Shown piece by piece: positions 18,672-26,605 of a stretch of DNA of 32,000 nucleotides. A program made the position numbers and the translations under genes. The stretch comes from Candidatus Harpocratesius repetitus (GTDB lineage Archaea > Asgardarchaeota > Lokiarchaeia > Sigyniarchaeales > Promethearchaeaceae). Each line of letters opens with the position of its first letter. Positions within the stretch are counted from its first letter, which is position 1. The DNA lies in NCBI GenBank assembly GCA_021498095.1, contig JAIZWK010000001.1, positions 1,290,001 through 1,322,000 on the forward strand, in the 5' to 3' direction. The notes beneath the pieces are model-generated. The model worked only from the letters and a program-made list of their open reading frames with translations, had not been told where the DNA came from and ran no database searches.

Positions 18672-20075
18672 TTGAAAACAATAATTCCGCGTCATGGTTT
18701 GGCAGATTTTGAGAAAATGCAACCTTTAACAAAATCAAAAATCATTGAGATATTTGGGCCTCCAGATCAGGAAATTTCTCATGAAAATTATTCAATACAA
18801 ATGAATTATGAAGAAAAAGGGCTGAATTTCTATTATCGAATAAGCGAAAAGGAAAAAGATGCTCCGATTATCACTTGTGGCTTTGTATCTCCATTTGAAG
18901 GGAAAACTGAAGATGGAATTGTCTTAAATAAAAGTACAATGAAAGATGTATTTCGTATTTGTGGAGAAGAAACATGGCTGACTACTGATAAATCACCATA
19001 CTGGTGGGTAGAAGAATCTGGAATTTCCTTTTATGTGCCTAAAGAGAGTAGTAATCGTGATTTTCCATTTAAAGTAGAAGATCATATTGATAAAACTATC
19101 ATACGAATGACAGTTCCTTTAACTTATCGTGAAGAAGAATTTTTAGTTAATGAAGATGGATTATTAATTCGAAGTGTTGATGAATATTGCATTGACGGCA
19201 CTCTCCACGATCCTATAATTGATGAAGAGAGAGCAGAACAAATTTGCAGCAAATGCGGATTGATCTTGGATGATCATATGATCTCCATGGAATATAGTGG
19301 AGAGCGCGCATTTTCAAAAGCAGAGCGCCAAAGAAGGCAGACTCATGGAAGTCCTGTTAATCCTTTAATTCCTGATTTACAAATGGCAACAATGATCGAT
19401 AAGCGCGCTACGATGCCTGATAATCTTCGTAAAGCAATTAAGTGGGATAGTCGTTATTCATGGAAACAACGAAATATGATTCAAGCAACTTCAGAGATTA
19501 AACGAATCGGAGAATTACTTAATCTACCACAACATGTAAAAGTCTATGCAATTAAATTATATAGAAAAGCATTTACACTTGGATTATTGAAAGGAAGAAG
19601 TATTAGAGCAATGGTTGCTGCTTCTATTTACTATGCATGTGGAGCGGAAAAAATACCAAGAACATTACAGAATATTGTTAAAGTTTCTGATTCAACATTT
19701 CATCAGATCACAAAATGTTATCAATCATTAATAAAAGAGTTAAATCTTCCAAGCCCAACTATAAGTCCGAAAAACTTAGTTTCTTCATATATTTCTATCT
19801 TAAATTTACCTCATAATGTAGAAGTGACTGCAGGAAAAATTTTAGATAAATATGAAAAAATTTATTCTCTATCTGGAAAAGATCCCAAAGGATTAGTTGC
19901 TGCCGCTTTATATATTTCCAGCCAATTGAATAAAATAAAGATTTCTCAAACAAAAATATCTCGAACAGTGGGAATTACTGAAGTAACACTACGGAATCGT
20001 TTACGGGAAATGCAGAAATTTGTTCGCAATAAAAAAAGAACCACTTCTAAAAATAAAGTGGAAAAAAAGAAATGA
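18672..20075 (+). CDS. tfb: Transcription initiation factor IIB (TFB) with about 150-aa N-terminal extra domain
   Basis: Zn ribbon (C173/H179, C192xxC195), B-reader ERAF, cyclin repeats (LLKGRSIRAMVAASIYYAC; GKDPKGLVAAALYI), BRE HTH (SQTKISRTVGITEVTLRNR); GGAGG SD before TTG. Confidence 0.92.
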   Translation: MKTIIPRHGLADFEKMQPLTKSKIIEIFGPPDQEISHENYSIQMNYEEKGLNFYYRISEKEKDAPIITCGFVSPFEGKTEDGIVLNKSTMKDVFRICGEETWLTTDKSPYWWVEESGISFYVPKESSNRDFPFKVEDHIDKTIIRMTVPLTYREEEFLVNEDGLLIRSVDEYCIDGTLHDPIIDEERAEQICSKCGLILDDHMISMEYSGERAFSKAERQRRQTHGSPVNPLIPDLQMATMIDKRATMPDNLRKAIKWDSRYSWKQRNMIQATSEIKRIGELLNLPQHVKVYAIKLYRKAFTLGLLKGRSIRAMVAASIYYACGAEKIPRTLQNIVKVSDSTFHQITKCYQSLIKELNLPSPTISPKNLVSSYISILNLPHNVEVTAGKILDKYEKIYSLSGKDPKGLVAAALYISSQLNKIKISQTKISRTVGITEVTLRNRLREMQKFVRNKKRTTSKNKVEKKK

Positions 20076-20107
20076 AAATAGATAATTGAGTATTATCTTC
20101 TTCACTC

Positions 20108-20365
20108 TTATCCCTTATTAATACCAATAAAAACGATTGAATCGCCACGTAAAACGATTTTTTTGAATTTTTCTGTCTTTTCGATTAAATTTTCTTCATT
20201 TTCAGAATCTCGTTCAAAATATGTATAATCTACATCTTCAAGTAATACATTCAAATGAGCATTAAATGATTTCAAGATTCCTTTAAACGTTTTATTTCGT
20301 TTACATTTAATAATGATTGCTTTTCCTAGTGATTCTCCTAAAGATTGAATTGGATCAAGTGGCAT
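20108..20365 (-). CDS. Sm/Lsm-like protein (SmAP)
   Basis: Sm1 FKGILKSFNAHLNVLLEDV and Sm2 IVLRGDSIVFI. Confidence 0.92.
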   Translation of the reverse strand: MPLDPIQSLGESLGKAIIIKCKRNKTFKGILKSFNAHLNVLLEDVDYTYFERDSENEENLIEKTEKFKKIVLRGDSIVFIGINKG

Positions 20366-20464
20366 TTTTATTTATTCCTTTCATTAAATTCGTAAATATT
20401 CAAAAAAATAAGTGATTCTGTCTATAAAAAATCTTCTTAACTTATTTTTTACATTAATTATTAA

Positions 20465-21733
20465 TTACCATACTATTTGTGAATATCCACATTTGGAACA
20501 TTTTATTTCAGTTGATTGAGGAGGAAAAGTTTCTAAGATTTTTTGACAATTTACACAATTTAAATCGATTAATTTGTAGTCATTGGGGTAGAATTTTCGA
20601 TTTATAATGTGTTGTTGGAAATCTAATACAAGATTGTGAATTAAAGTGGCGACAAGATCTTTATTTTTACAACTTACATACAATGCGAAGAAATTATTTT
20701 TTATTTGTGGAATTGCTAGAACTTCTAAAGATCCATCAGGACTTTCAATTGTTCCAAGATAAAACCACATAGGAACAGGTTTATCGTTTTTCAAGATATT
20801 TGAAAAATGATAACGTTTCATAATTTCATGAAAAAGAGGTAGAACCATTGATTGACAATCAAGATTTGGGCATCCCACTCCTTGCATCCTTTTAAAATAT
20901 TCTGGATTTCTCATGATTGCCTTGATATCGCTGATATTTCCCTCTAATGGTTGTATCTCGGGAATATTGAAATCCACATTTATTTCTTCTAACTTAATTA
21001 AACGCATTGTATATTTATTATTTCGAAATTGAAAGAAACCATTGATATGAAATTGTCGATTTAAAATATCATAAACATATAATCTTAGCGTTTTAGTAGA
21101 TTTTGCTGGTAATTCATCTAAATTTATTATAATTTCTCCTGATTTTCTTTCAAATGGATATTCATCAAATTGTGGTTTTATTGTCAAATTTTCATCATGC
21201 ATTAACCGGATTTTTCCTTCACTAGCAGGAAAGTCAGATGAATTCTTTATTCCAATAATTGTTACAGTTTTAATTCCGATTATTTTTACAGTCATTTCTA
21301 TAGAGATCAAATCTTTTTGATCAATTTCTCGAAGTTTTGAAGTACTAATTTCCAGTTTATTTTCTTTTTTCTCTACAACATTGGACATTAAGTGTCTTAA
21401 ATTTTCAACTCGAGGTTCATCTTGTTCAGTCACACCAAGTAATCGAAATTGTTCTAAATCCCAATCAATAATCTCTTCTAATTTTAGTTTTTTTTTTTGA
21501 ATTTCATCGATTGTAAATACTAAGTAAGTTCTTCCATCAGAATTTGATTGAATTTTCCCAAAAATTTTATTATCTTGATACAACTTAATCAAAACTTCAC
21601 GAACTTCATAATCATCCAGAGAAAACTGCGCTTTTATCTTGTTAAGATCAATTTTATCATAGTTTAACATATTTTTCATTAAATAAGTTGCAATTTTTTG
21701 GATGTTGAAATTCTTTTTCAATAGATTGCTCAC
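20465..21733 (-). CDS. Hypothetical protein: PCI-like wHTH, putative adaptin/coatomer appendage-like region, C-terminal Zn ribbon
   Basis: KIDLNKIKAQFSLDDYEVREVLIKLYQDNKIFGKI (PCI-like); beta-rich aa 143-255; alpha/beta aa 256-375; CVNC...CSKC. Confidence 0.6.
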   Translation of the reverse strand: MSNLLKKNFNIQKIATYLMKNMLNYDKIDLNKIKAQFSLDDYEVREVLIKLYQDNKIFGKIQSNSDGRTYLVFTIDEIQKKKLKLEEIIDWDLEQFRLLGVTEQDEPRVENLRHLMSNVVEKKENKLEISTSKLREIDQKDLISIEMTVKIIGIKTVTIIGIKNSSDFPASEGKIRLMHDENLTIKPQFDEYPFERKSGEIIINLDELPAKSTKTLRLYVYDILNRQFHINGFFQFRNNKYTMRLIKLEEINVDFNIPEIQPLEGNISDIKAIMRNPEYFKRMQGVGCPNLDCQSMVLPLFHEIMKRYHFSNILKNDKPVPMWFYLGTIESPDGSLEVLAIPQIKNNFFALYVSCKNKDLVATLIHNLVLDFQQHIINRKFYPNDYKLIDLNCVNCQKILETFPPQSTEIKCSKCGYSQIVW

Positions 21734-22063
21734 GATCTACCGTCCCTCTTAATTTTAAATTTTATTTTTATACAAAAAAGTATGTAACTCTCTCCTTATT
21801 ATTTTTGCTTTTCTTTTTTTTGAAATAAAAATTCCGAAATTATTTAATCCGTTGTATTTTATCATACATATCGATAATGAATAATCATGGTATTGCAAAA
21901 GCCGTTAATATCAGTCTTAAGAAAGGAGAAATTAAAGAAAACGTTCACTCCAATCATTATTAGCTTTAAAGCCACTGATGTTCGAATTTTATAAAAATCT
22001 AAGGAATATTTATTTTATTACTTTCAGAGGAACTTTTATAATGCTCTTTCTCTTTTTTTAATT

Positions 22064-22717
22064 ATGAATTCCCCAAACATTTCCAATTTTACTCACTTAT
22101 TACAATCATTATTTCAAACTAAAACAATTGGTCCTTCATATAAGCCTTCTCATATTTTATTTGTTCTTTATATTATTGGAAAAGAAAAACAAGGTGTTGG
22201 GCGCTATCGAATAAAGAAAGAAGTAGGACTTGGGGAAGGTTCAATAAAAACTCTGTTAAATCGTTTAAAAGATGAAGATATACTTCAAGTTGAAGTGTCT
22301 CGCCAGCGAGGTCATATTCTTACTGCAAAAGGAATTGAATTATTTCACCATATTTCAAGTATTATTCCATTACCATTGCCTTTATCAAATCCGAACGATA
22401 AATATGTCATTGGTAAAGTTGCATATTTTTCTTTACTTCAACCTGAGAGACTTGTTTCTGATTACAATCGCTTGACATTGGCAATTCGTGATGAAGCTAT
22501 AAAAGTTGGAGGAACAGGATGTAGCACTCTTGAATTTAATGGTAATCAATGGTTTTTTTTGGATTCATCTTCTTATGTGGTCGATTTGAAAATTCCATTA
22601 GAAAAAAATGTTATTGTAAAAAAAGGAACTGTCATGGTAATTGGTGGAGGTAACTCCATTACCAGTGCTATTTTAGCCACATTTGCTGCATGTTTTCGAT
22701 TAATTAGTGATCTTTAA
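22064..22717 (+). CDS. wHTH plus DUF4443-like archaeal protein
   Basis: GRYRIKKEVGLGEGSIKTLLNRL and IRDEAIKVGGTG match the pattern of this archaeal family as I recall it. Confidence 0.75.
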   Translation: MNSPNISNFTHLLQSLFQTKTIGPSYKPSHILFVLYIIGKEKQGVGRYRIKKEVGLGEGSIKTLLNRLKDEDILQVEVSRQRGHILTAKGIELFHHISSIIPLPLPLSNPNDKYVIGKVAYFSLLQPERLVSDYNRLTLAIRDEAIKVGGTGCSTLEFNGNQWFFLDSSSYVVDLKIPLEKNVIVKKGTVMVIGGGNSITSAILATFAACFRLISDL

Positions 22718-22743
22718 ATATTTTTCATAACTGCTTAAGATTG

Positions 22744-23577
22744 CTAAGACATTAGTTTTATTCGAGTCGATAGCGATGGAAATACTTCTAAGTAGTTAGA
22801 ATAATACATCCTTTCTAAAAATTCTTCATCAATATTTTCTTCCTCAAATAATTCGATTGTATTCGCTAAACCAAATACTGAACTATCTTTATAACCTAAT
22901 GAAGAGTTTAATACAATTCGATCTGAACGTGAATAACTTTTAAAGATATTTAATGCTTCTTCTGGACTGGTTGCCTGTTGACCAACCGTGATTCCAACCT
23001 TGATATTTGGTTCATGGGTTCGGAGTACCAATTCGACAATTTCTAAATCAGCGTGATTGATGATCGCTCGTGTTACTTTTGATTTTACCAATTCTTTTAA
23101 AATAATCGATGTTAATGCAACTTTATTCACCGTTGGCGCTTGAATAACAACAGGAAGATCAAATTTACTCACTAAAGCTAATTGACGTTTCATAAGGAGA
23201 TATTCATCTTTAGTTCCAAAACCCATTCCAATTTCTCCCACACCAATTATTTTTTTTGTTTTAATAAAATCTTCAATGTAATTTACGGCAGAATCAATAA
23301 TTTTAGAATTCAAATTTCTAAATGGGGGAATTCCAATCACTGGATGTAACCGAAGGGAATATTGTGCATATCGTTTGACATCGAAATCACACATCCAAGT
23401 AAAACAATCTTTTAGTGAATTGGCTGACGTGGGTGTGAATGGGAGTATTAAGGTAGTGATTAAATCCCGAAAGCCCATATGCCTAAACATTTTCAAATCT
23501 CCCACTGTTCTGTAAATACTGTGGATAATATCAATTCGTTGGCCCGCATATATTAAATGTGATGATTTTGTAAGCAT
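22744..23577 (-). CDS. TatD-like TIM-barrel protein (COG1099-like), apparently with degenerate metal site
   Basis: IIGVGEIG, QLALVSKFDLPVVIQAP, IINH, VLNSS; several His/Asp ligands substituted. Confidence 0.75.
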   Translation of the reverse strand: MLTKSSHLIYAGQRIDIIHSIYRTVGDLKMFRHMGFRDLITTLILPFTPTSANSLKDCFTWMCDFDVKRYAQYSLRLHPVIGIPPFRNLNSKIIDSAVNYIEDFIKTKKIIGVGEIGMGFGTKDEYLLMKRQLALVSKFDLPVVIQAPTVNKVALTSIILKELVKSKVTRAIINHADLEIVELVLRTHEPNIKVGITVGQQATSPEEALNIFKSYSRSDRIVLNSSLGYKDSSVFGLANTIELFEEENIDEEFLERMYYSNYLEVFPSLSTRIKLMS

Positions 23578-23616
23578 GATGATTCAAGTTAAATTACCCA
23601 TTTTCCTATAAAAAAT

Positions 23617-23639
23617 TTGATCTTTAAGTTGATCTTTAA
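23617..23639. promoter_or_regulatory. 11-bp direct repeat, candidate operator in the divergent promoter
   Basis: TTGATCTTTAA-G-TTGATCTTTAA. Confidence 0.45.
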
Positions 23640-23734
23640 CATCTTTTCAATAGAAAGAGAAAGAAATTTTTAGGTTTTGCTACTTATTATTATGTATCCA
23701 ACAGAGCTTCATCGAGTGAGGGTGTATTATAAAA

Positions 23735-24880
23735 ATGGAACATGAACCGTTTATTTTTAAAGGGAAATTATACGATTTTGAACAGAAAATTGTAGAATTT
23801 CTCCTCGTTGATGCTGAGATGAACGGTAGTGATCCTAATCAAACTATTATTTATATCTATATTCTTCTTCATCGTAAATTGACTCAAGCACAATTAGCTG
23901 AATTAACAGGATTTCCTAAAAGCAAAGTCTCAAAAATCACTTCAAAACTTGTAATGGAAGGAATTCTAAAGAAAGAATTCATACCTGGAACGCACACAAA
24001 TGAATATATGCTTATTCAACAACCATTTGAAATGAATTTCGTTCCTATTGAGAAAATTATTCAGAGCTTTAATGAAATGACTGCTTTTATGGAAAATATG
24101 ATTGATGAACTTTTAAAATTACCTGGAAAATATCGCCAAGATAGAGATTTACTAGTATGGCGATTATATGATTTTTGTCGTTATTCGCGAGGATGCAGTC
24201 AAATCCTTGAATTTAATATTGAACATTCTCGATTGTCAAAATTTACATATATTGATAAAACTTATGATTTACTCACTCCCCAATTTAGAGATCATATTCG
24301 AGAATATTTAATGAATTTGGATAAATCTAGTACTTACCTTATTGATTTACAAGATGAAGAAATCCAAAAAATTGAAGCAAAAGTAATTAAATTTCTTCTT
24401 GATCATGTTATAAAGGAAGAAAAAGAATCTATTAGTCGAATTTTAGCATATTTTATGACTCGAGGCAAATTAACACAAAATTCCATACAACAATTAACTG
24501 ATTTCTCTTCAGGAACAATTTCTCAAACACTTCGCTATTTATTAAAAGAAAAAAAAATTGATCAAATACCTACTACTCGCATTGCAGGAAATGAATATTA
24601 TTATACCATGGAATCCATCTCTTTAATGCTATTACGCCACCATGCTTCCGTATATAAAGATTTAATTGCGTGGAAACCAACATTTGATGAAATCAAACAG
24701 CAACTTAATGAACATGGAAATGATCTACTTTTTACCGATGGATATTTCTCGATATATACAATCACAGATAAGATTCTCACAATTTTCTTTACTAAATATG
24801 AACAATATCTAAATCAGCATGAAAGATTATTAGAGATTAACGAAAAATCGATTTTCCAACCATCTTCTGATTTAAATTGA
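23735..24880 (+). CDS. Internally duplicated wHTH regulator (GbsR/MarR/TrmB-like x2)
   Basis: LTQAQLAELTGFPKSKVSKITSKL and LTQNSIQQLTDFSSGTISQTLRYL, each followed by a wing and helical region. Confidence 0.8.
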   Translation: MEHEPFIFKGKLYDFEQKIVEFLLVDAEMNGSDPNQTIIYIYILLHRKLTQAQLAELTGFPKSKVSKITSKLVMEGILKKEFIPGTHTNEYMLIQQPFEMNFVPIEKIIQSFNEMTAFMENMIDELLKLPGKYRQDRDLLVWRLYDFCRYSRGCSQILEFNIEHSRLSKFTYIDKTYDLLTPQFRDHIREYLMNLDKSSTYLIDLQDEEIQKIEAKVIKFLLDHVIKEEKESISRILAYFMTRGKLTQNSIQQLTDFSSGTISQTLRYLLKEKKIDQIPTTRIAGNEYYYTMESISLMLLRHHASVYKDLIAWKPTFDEIKQQLNEHGNDLLFTDGYFSIYTITDKILTIFFTKYEQYLNQHERLLEINEKSIFQPSSDLN

Positions 24881-24959
24881 AATTTATAGAGGATGTTTAA
24901 GAAAAGTTCTTAAGTTTTAATATTGTATTGATTCTGGATATTGAAAATAATTGAAAAAG

Positions 24960-25043
24960 TGGCGCACGCGATGGGATTTGAACCCACGAGTGCAGAGCAC
25001 ACTGGATTTCCAGTCCAGCTCCGTACGACTAGGATACGCGTGC
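24960..25043 (-). tRNA. tRNA-Ser(GGA), intronless, CCA encoded
   Basis: Acceptor GCACGCG/CGCGTGC, discriminator G, anticodon arm CTGGA-CTGGAAA-TCCAG, long variable arm GTGC-TCT-GCAC, T-loop TTCAAAT. Confidence 0.95.
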
Positions 25044-25080
25044 CTTTTTAAAAAAAAATAGAAAAATTAAACATTTTTAT

Positions 25081-25350
25081 TTATAAATCTAATTTAATTC
25101 GTGTTTGGAATTTTTCTTCTAATTTTTTGGCTTTTAACGCCTTTTTGATGTCATCTAATCCAGCTCCTTTTTCAATATCTAATTTTTCTGGAGTTGGTGC
25201 TAAATGACGGACATTGCAACGTCTTCGCCGAACTTTCAATCCTTCGACTAACACAAAAGAATGGTCAATCACTTCAACTACAACACAGTATAAACCTGCT
25301 TCTCTTCCGAGAGTTTTTACTGCAACTCGACCTACTTCGAATACTGCCAT
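25081..25350 (-). CDS. rpl14e: 50S ribosomal protein L14e
   Basis: EVGRVAVKTLGREAGLYCVVVEVID..FVLVEG..VRRRRCNVRHL. Confidence 0.96.
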   Translation of the reverse strand: MAVFEVGRVAVKTLGREAGLYCVVVEVIDHSFVLVEGLKVRRRRCNVRHLAPTPEKLDIEKGAGLDDIKKALKAKKLEEKFQTRIKLDL

Positions 25351-25355
25351 ATTTG

Positions 25356-25388
25356 AAACACCTCGTTTATGTTGCCATAAACGTGTTT
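25356..25388 (-). promoter_or_regulatory. GNRA-capped hairpin overlapping the rpl14e Shine-Dalgarno sequence
   Basis: mRNA AAACA-CGUUUAUG-GCAA-CAUAAACG-AGG-UGUUU, 5 nt before AUG; the SD GAGGUG spans the stem and bulge. Confidence 0.6.
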
Positions 25389-25530
25389 GCCAAAATCTGC
25401 TCCAGTTTCATCAGTGATCTCTCAATATGAAATGGAAACAAATTTTATGTTTCATAAGGATTTTATTGATATAAAATCGCTTAAGAATAAATAGTGCAAA
25501 GAAACAAAAATTAAAAATTTTTTCAATATA

Positions 25531-26073
25531 TTATTTGTTCCATCTTGAAATGGCAAGATGACAAAGTTGAAAGACCGTATCAATATCTAAAAAAGTCGTA
25601 TCAACTATTAAGTTAAAAGTTTGCAGAATTTTTGTAGGATCACGGATGTCAATATTATAGCTATCTTTAAATCTCTGCCATTCACTTTCCTCACGAATCA
25701 AAGTTTCATGTTTTTTAGCATCGAAATTTTCTTGATCACGTTCCATCATGCGTTTTATTCGTATATCATCTTGGCAAGTTAATAAAATGGCATAATCACG
25801 CCATTTTTCAATCATATATGTAGGTAATTGCCCTTCAAACACATAATTTCCCTTCGATTTTGCTAGCTTAATAATCTTTTCATCGATTTGACGGTCGATT
25901 TCTGGATGTCTTTCAGCATATTTTGAGAAATTTTCTAAATTCATTTGATACTTATCTGCTAACTGCCGAAAAATCATTCCAGTTGAATAATATTCATATC
26001 CAAAAGATTCTGCTAGCTTAGCTGCAATTGTACTTTTTCCAGTTCCATGCAATCCTGCTATTGAAATTATCAT
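25531..26073 (-). CDS. cmk: Cytidylate kinase (archaeal type)
   Basis: IAGLHGTGKST, STGMIFRQLA, EIDRQID, VFEGQL; canonical position between rpl34e and rpl14e. Confidence 0.93.
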   Translation of the reverse strand: MIISIAGLHGTGKSTIAAKLAESFGYEYYSTGMIFRQLADKYQMNLENFSKYAERHPEIDRQIDEKIIKLAKSKGNYVFEGQLPTYMIEKWRDYAILLTCQDDIRIKRMMERDQENFDAKKHETLIREESEWQRFKDSYNIDIRDPTKILQTFNLIVDTTFLDIDTVFQLCHLAISRWNK

Positions 26074-26222
26074 GATATGTTATAAAATCTAGATGATCAA
26101 TTAAAGTGTTGGGAATGAAGAAAGATCAAATTTTTTGATGAATTGTAATAACAAGATTAAATAGAAGTATTGAAAAAATGAAGAATACAAATTTTTTGAA
26201 GAAAAAAGTACACACTTTTCTT

Positions 26223-26498
26223 TTATTTGCTGTATTCTTCTAAAACTTTTTTGCGAATTGCATCAGAGAGAGCAGTATGGGAAATTTTACCACCATAATA
26301 TCGTGATACAGTTCGTTCTGTTTTAGATAATTTTCGAATTTGGGCAGGTCTTAATCGGGGAACACCGTGTAATTTTGCCCCAGTAATAGGACAATGTGCA
26401 TATTTTGGGCGTCGTCGAACAAAATGAGTAGTATGACCATTTCCTGGGAGGCGGGTTTGAATCCTTGCCATGGATCGAGATCTTTTATTTCCGCGCAT
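26223..26498 (-). CDS. rpl34e: 50S ribosomal protein L34e (start reassigned to ATG 26498)
   Basis: RLPGNGHTTHF..RRP..AHCPITGAKLHGVPR..RYYGG; AAGGTGA SD 5 nt before ATG 26498. Confidence 0.95.
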   Translation of the reverse strand: MRGNKRSRSMARIQTRLPGNGHTTHFVRRRPKYAHCPITGAKLHGVPRLRPAQIRKLSKTERTVSRYYGGKISHTALSDAIRKKVLEEYSK

Positions 26499-26605
26499 TA
26501 ATGTCACCTTAGTGTTGATTAGTATGATGAAGTTTGAGCATATTCTTTCAAACTTTAATAAGGAAATCAACACTGCATAAATTATTAATTTTTTGGTTGG
26601 GAATG

